Positions 19,605 to 26,595 of a DNA stretch of 26,595 nt are shown one piece after another. Source of the stretch: a virus (Duplodnaviria > Heunggongvirae > Uroviricota > Caudoviricetes); the IMG/VR virus record IMGVR_UViG_2684622582_000007. One strand, given 5' to 3'. The notes beneath the pieces were generated by a model. It had not been told where the DNA came from. It searched no databases and was given only the letters and a program-made list of their open reading frames with translations. How positions within the stretch are numbered: position 1 is the stretch's first letter; each line of letters starts with the position of its first letter. A program made the position numbers and the translations under genes.

Positions 19605-20210
19605 TTACACTGGTGTGTTCAGCAAATCGTTAACGGCATCAGATGCCGGGTTACCTGCAGCCAGCGGTGCCGGTGCCCCCTGCATCAGACGATCCAGCGC
19701 AGTGTCACTGCGCGCCTGTGCACTCTGTGGTGCAGCTGCCAGAATGCGGCGGGCCGTTTCCACGGTCATACCGGGAGTTTCGGCCAGCACGCGTGCCTGT
19801 TCTTCGCGTCCGTGAGCCTCCTCACAGTTGAGGATCCCCATAATGCGACTGTTTTCTGCCGCAACCGCTGCGGTGATCTGCGCGTTCACGTCCGGCTGCG
19901 CAGCGCTGGCGTTCTCGCCCTCCGTCGCTTGCACCACGCCAGTAACGTCAGCCTGCGAAGCAGTGGCTGAAACAGTTGTTGATTGAGTCTCTTTGGTCAT
20001 TCGCCCTCCTGAGAGACGGGATTTACGTGCATCCAGTGCATCACGCATGACGGTGATCGCATCGGTACTGTTAACAAGTTCATCAGCCAGTCCGGCATCA
20101 ATGGCCTCCTGACCGCTGTACACTGCAGCCTCGGTATCCAGCACAGCCTGCACGGACAGGCCGGTATATGCCGACACCTTCTGTGCAAACATCCGGCGGG
20201 TTGCATCCAT
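19605..20210 (-). CDS. Nu3: Scaffolding protein Nu3 (nested in-frame in the 3' part of C)
   Basis: Internal ATG at 20210 (MDATRRMFAQKV...) in the C frame, sharing the C stop. The nested arrangement is established for lambda. Confidence 0.8.
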   Translation of the reverse strand: MDATRRMFAQKVSAYTGLSVQAVLDTEAAVYSGQEAIDAGLADELVNSTDAITVMRDALDARKSRLSGGRMTKETQSTTVSATASQADVTGVVQATEGENASAAQPDVNAQITAAVAAENSRIMGILNCEEAHGREEQARVLAETPGMTVETARRILAAAPQSAQARSDTALDRLMQGAPAPLAAGNPASDAVNDLLNTPV

Positions 20211-20904
20211 CCGGGACTGCAGTGTTTCCCGGACATCATCCGGTAGATGGCTGTAGGGGTTGCCATCCACCTTATGGCTGCCGCTGTAAATCAGCGTGAT
20301 TTCCACGCCCTGTTTCTCCAGCGCAGCACCGTAATTACTGTGAGCCATCATGACGCCGATGGAGCCTGTCCGGGCGGTCTGCGTGACCAGACGTCGGGAG
20401 GCGGCGCTGGCAAGCAACTGACCTGCACTGCAGTTCATGTCGTTGGCCAGCGCCCATACCGGCTTTATGTCACGCACACGGGCGATGATGTCAGCGCAGT
20501 CAAATGCCCCTGCCACCATCCCGCCTGGCGTATCCATATCGAGCAGAATGCCGTCCACCATCGGGTCGCTGGCAGCCTGTTGCAGACGGGCGATAATGCC
20601 GTTGTAACCGGTCATCCCCGAATACGGCTGCAGCGCTCGCGTCCGACTGACCAGCGTGCCGGACACCGGCAGCACGGCGATGCCGTTCATGACCTGATAA
20701 CTGCGGGCCTGTCGTGGTCCGTCATCATCAACGGATAACGCCAGCGCCGCGGGTGCCTCTCCGGCAGTCAGGCTGTCGCCGGATACCGCATCCGTCAGGC
20801 GGCTGATCCCAAGCTGGCCTGCAAGCGCACAAAAGAAAACCCGCGCATAGGCGGGTTCAAGCATCAGCGGCTCATTAAAGGCCATACTGGCAATATGCGG
20901 GAGA

Positions 20905-20924
<20 letters not shown>
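19605..20924 (-). CDS. C: Head maturation protease / scaffold protein C
   Basis: 439 aa from the GTG at 20924 (TAELRNLPHIASMAFNEPLMLEPAYARVFF...), matches lambda gpC. Its start overlaps the B 3' end by 20 nt, as in lambda. Confidence 0.92.
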
Positions 20925-24605
<3,681 letters not shown>

Positions 24606-24631
<26 letters not shown>

Positions 24632-25151
24632 TCAGCAACCCCGGTATCAGTTCATCCAGCGCGGCTGCTTTGTTCATGGCTTTGATGATATCCCGTTTCA
24701 GGAAATCAACATGTCGGTTTTCCAGTTCCGGAAAACGCCGCTGCACCGACAGGGGGATCCCGTCGAGAATACTGGCAATTTCACCTGCGATCCGCGACAG
24801 CACGAAAGTACAGAATGCGGTTTCCACCACTTCAGCGGAGTCTCTGGCATTTTTCAGCTCCTGTGCGTCGGCCTGCGCACGCGTAAGTCGATGGCGTTCG
24901 TACTCAATAGTCCCTGGCTGGAGATCTGTCTCGCTGGCCTGCCGCAGTTCTTCAACTTCCCGGCGCAGCTTTTCGTTCTCAATTTCAGCATCCCTTTCGG
25001 CATACCATTTTATAACGGCGGCAGAGTCATAAAGCACCTCATTACCCTTGCCACCGCCTCGCAGAACGGGCATTCCCTGCTCCTGCCAGTTCTGAATGGT
25101 ACGGATACTCGCGCCGAAAATGTCAGCCAGCTGCTTTTTGTTGACTTCCAT
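24606..25151 (-). CDS. Nu1: Terminase small subunit Nu1
   Basis: 181 aa, MEVNKKQLADIFGASIRTIQNWQEQGMPVLRGGGKGNEVLYDSAAVIKWYAERDAEIENEKLRREVEELRQ..., essentially lambda gpNu1. Lies directly downstream of cos. Confidence 0.97.
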
Positions 25152-25328
25152 TGTTCATTCCACGGACAAAAACAGAGAAAGGAAACGACAGAGGCCAAAA
25201 AGCTCGCTTTCAGCACCTGTCGTTTCCTTTCTTTTCAGGGGGTATTTTAAATAAAAACATTAAGTTACGACGAAGAAGAACGGAAACGCCTTAAACCGGA
25301 AAATTTTCATAAATAGCGAAAACCCGCG
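25152..25328 (-). other. cosB region (terminase small-subunit and IHF binding region between cosN and Nu1)
   Basis: Positional: the interval between cosN and the Nu1 start. Its reverse complement reads like the lambda left-end leader (CGCGGGTTTTCGCTATTTATGAAAATTTTCCGGTTTAAGGCG...). Individual R and I elements were not mapped. Confidence 0.7.
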
Positions 25329-25340
25329 AGGTCGCCGCCC
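25329..25340 (-). other. cosN, the 12-nt cohesive-end sequence (GGGCGGCGACCT on the minus strand)
   Basis: Exact match on the plus strand as AGGTCGCCGCCC, flanked by CGCGGGTTTT on the Nu1 side and CGTAACCTGTCGGATC on the other side (minus-strand reading), as at the lambda cos junction. Confidence 0.9.
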
Positions 25341-25589
25341 CGTAACCTGTCGGATCGCTGGAAAGGACCCAACAAATGAGAATGATTATCACTTGCGTTA
25401 ATATCCTGTTTCTTCCACCCTCGCACAGGACTGGCGAGCATGAGGGACAAACCCGCGAATCATTAGCGCGGTAAAAACCCGGTGTGCATCGTTTTTGATT
25501 ATTCCCGCACACTCGCGCAGAAGGAGTTCCCCGTCGGGCTGTGGTCTCTGTTAATGCAGGAATACGGCGACGATACAGCGCATGATGTG

Positions 25590-26207
25590 TCAGGCTTGAA
25601 TACCTTTATCGAATCCCGGTAATAAAAACTGTCCTTGTCTCTCCAGACGTTCCAGCTTTGCAAGCAATTGAGGTTTTTTCGTTCTCCCCCAGCGATTGAG
25701 CAGACGGCCTGACATGCTGGCGACATCCTTCTCTTTCATGTACTCCAGCATTACGGCGTTACGTTCTGCTTCATAACTTTCACTGTACTTACGGAGTTCT
25801 GCTGACATCCAGTTAAAGGCATTGATATAGGCTTCTTTAATAGCATCGGCTTTTGCCCCGTTAAATCCCATCACCAGCATAACGAAGCCGCTAAAATCCA
25901 TGCAGTAGTAAATCTGCTTCTTGTCAAAAATCCCTAAGTCATTGATTTTCTCGACGGCCCAAAAATGGGTTGTCAAGAACTCCTCAGAACATCTCAAACA
26001 TTTAATAGCCCTAATCACATGCTGATGGCGTTTACCAAATGCCTTGGCAATCTGGAAGGTGTCAGTTACCGGTTGACCTTCTGCTGCGGTAACTAACTGG
26101 CGAAAGTCGAAGTCATGATTCGTAATTAATTCATTCATGGCGTTGCCTGCTTCTTTGAAATGAACCTTTGCCGCACAGGAAACCAGCCCACCGAGGCTCG
26201 CCAGCAC
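25590..26207 (-). CDS. Rha-family phage regulatory protein (putative antirepressor-type regulator), located between the lysis genes and cos
   Basis: N-terminal segment VTDTFQIAKAFGKRHQHVIRAIKCL resembles the Rha N-terminal domain signature. The more likely start is the ATG at 26138 (MNELITNHDF...); the ORF track extends it to 26207. Confidence 0.55.
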   Translation of the reverse strand: MLASLGGLVSCAAKVHFKEAGNAMNELITNHDFDFRQLVTAAEGQPVTDTFQIAKAFGKRHQHVIRAIKCLRCSEEFLTTHFWAVEKINDLGIFDKKQIYYCMDFSGFVMLVMGFNGAKADAIKEAYINAFNWMSAELRKYSESYEAERNAVMLEYMKEKDVASMSGRLLNRWGRTKKPQLLAKLERLERQGQFLLPGFDKGIQA

Positions 26208-26291
26208 TAACTGGTATCCTCAAAGGCCCATTCCAAAAGGGCAGGTTCGGTGTTTATTGTGCGCTGCGGTGCGCGGTGAAATACCGGTACA

Positions 26292-26318
26292 AAAATGCCC
26301 CGCATCTGCGAGGCATTT
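26292..26318 (-). terminator. Intrinsic terminator-like hairpin downstream of Rz/Rz1
   Basis: Minus strand reads AAAATGCCTCGCAGATGCGGGGCATTTTT: a GC-rich imperfect stem followed by U5, about 40 nt after the Rz stop. Confidence 0.5.
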
Positions 26319-26356
26319 TCCTGAAAGTCACTTGTTAAATTTCAGTGAAATTAAAA

Positions 26357-26595
26357 TTATTTTAAGCATTGCGTCCTGATGTACTCCTGCAGGTAGTTAA
26401 CCTGCGCGGTTATCTTGTCGATTCCACTTCGGAGACGGTAATAATTGAGTTCAGCATCTGCTGTAAGTCTTGGGCTTTCTCCATCGCCCATGCTGCTGGC
26501 TCCGGTCGTTGACTTTGCACAGGTGGCGGCGACTTGCAGGCGCTTACGACCAGCAGAAACATCAGCACGGAGACTTTCGATAGTCGCGTTAGCAT
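26357..26595 (-). CDS. Rz: Spanin inner-membrane subunit Rz (i-spanin), 3' part only; the 5' end lies beyond the window
   Basis: My translation of the minus strand gives ANATIESLRADVSAGRKRLQVAATCAKSTT...SPRLTADAELNYYRLRSGIDKITAQVNYLQEYIRTQCLK, homologous to the lambda Rz C-terminus but not identical. Stop TAA at 26357-26359. Confidence 0.85.
   Translation of the reverse strand, partial: ANATIESLRADVSAGRKRLQVAATCAKSTTGASSMGDGESPRLTADAELNYYRLRSGIDKITAQVNYLQEYIRTQCLK
26410..26595 (-). CDS. Rz1: Spanin outer-membrane lipoprotein subunit Rz1 (o-spanin), embedded in the +1 frame of Rz
   Basis: 61 aa, MLTRLSKVSVLMFLLVVSACKSPPP...PEPAAWAME...: lipoprotein signal with lipobox Cys followed by a Pro-rich segment, fully nested in Rz as in lambda. 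The start codon is the last three bases of the window. Confidence 0.8.
   Translation of the reverse strand: MLTRLSKVSVLMFLLVVSACKSPPPVQSQRPEPAAWAMEKAQDLQQMLNSIITVSEVESTR

Noticed and set aside
25291-25726. Two small minus-strand ORFs (25291-25512 and 25499-25726) in the cos region and overlapping the Rha-like gene end
   Set aside because: They overlap cosN and its flank and the 3' end of the Rha-like ORF, and have no ribosome-binding context. They are most likely non-coding.

Overview
The window is the late (lysis-packaging-head-tail) arm of an integrated lambda-like prophage, read almost entirely on the minus strand. From 26.6 kb down to 2.3 kb it is colinear, gene for gene, with phage lambda: Rz/Rz1 (lysis, 5' end outside the window), a Rha-like gene, an intact cos site (cosN 12-mer at 25329-25340), then Nu1-A-W-B-C/Nu3-D-E-FI-FII-Z-U-V-G/T-H-M-L-K-I-J, lom, stf and tfa. 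Overlaps, gene lengths and the G-T slippery heptamer match lambda. The leftmost 2.3 kb is different: it is AT-rich and carries a small unknown ORF, a serine recombinase (resolvase/invertase family), a 3' remnant of a second tfa gene, and an orphan class I SAM-dependent methyltransferase on the opposite strand, bracketed by about 148 bp direct repeats of tfa 3' sequence. That accessory module is the most interesting part. Other points of note are apparent mosaic joints (Rz/Rz1, lom 5' half and the J receptor-binding end differ from lambda as I remember it), a tandem duplication inside stf, and hairpins after E, D, I, lom and Rz. All calls rest on reading the translations and sequence by eye and on memory of the lambda proteins and map; no database search or computation was run.
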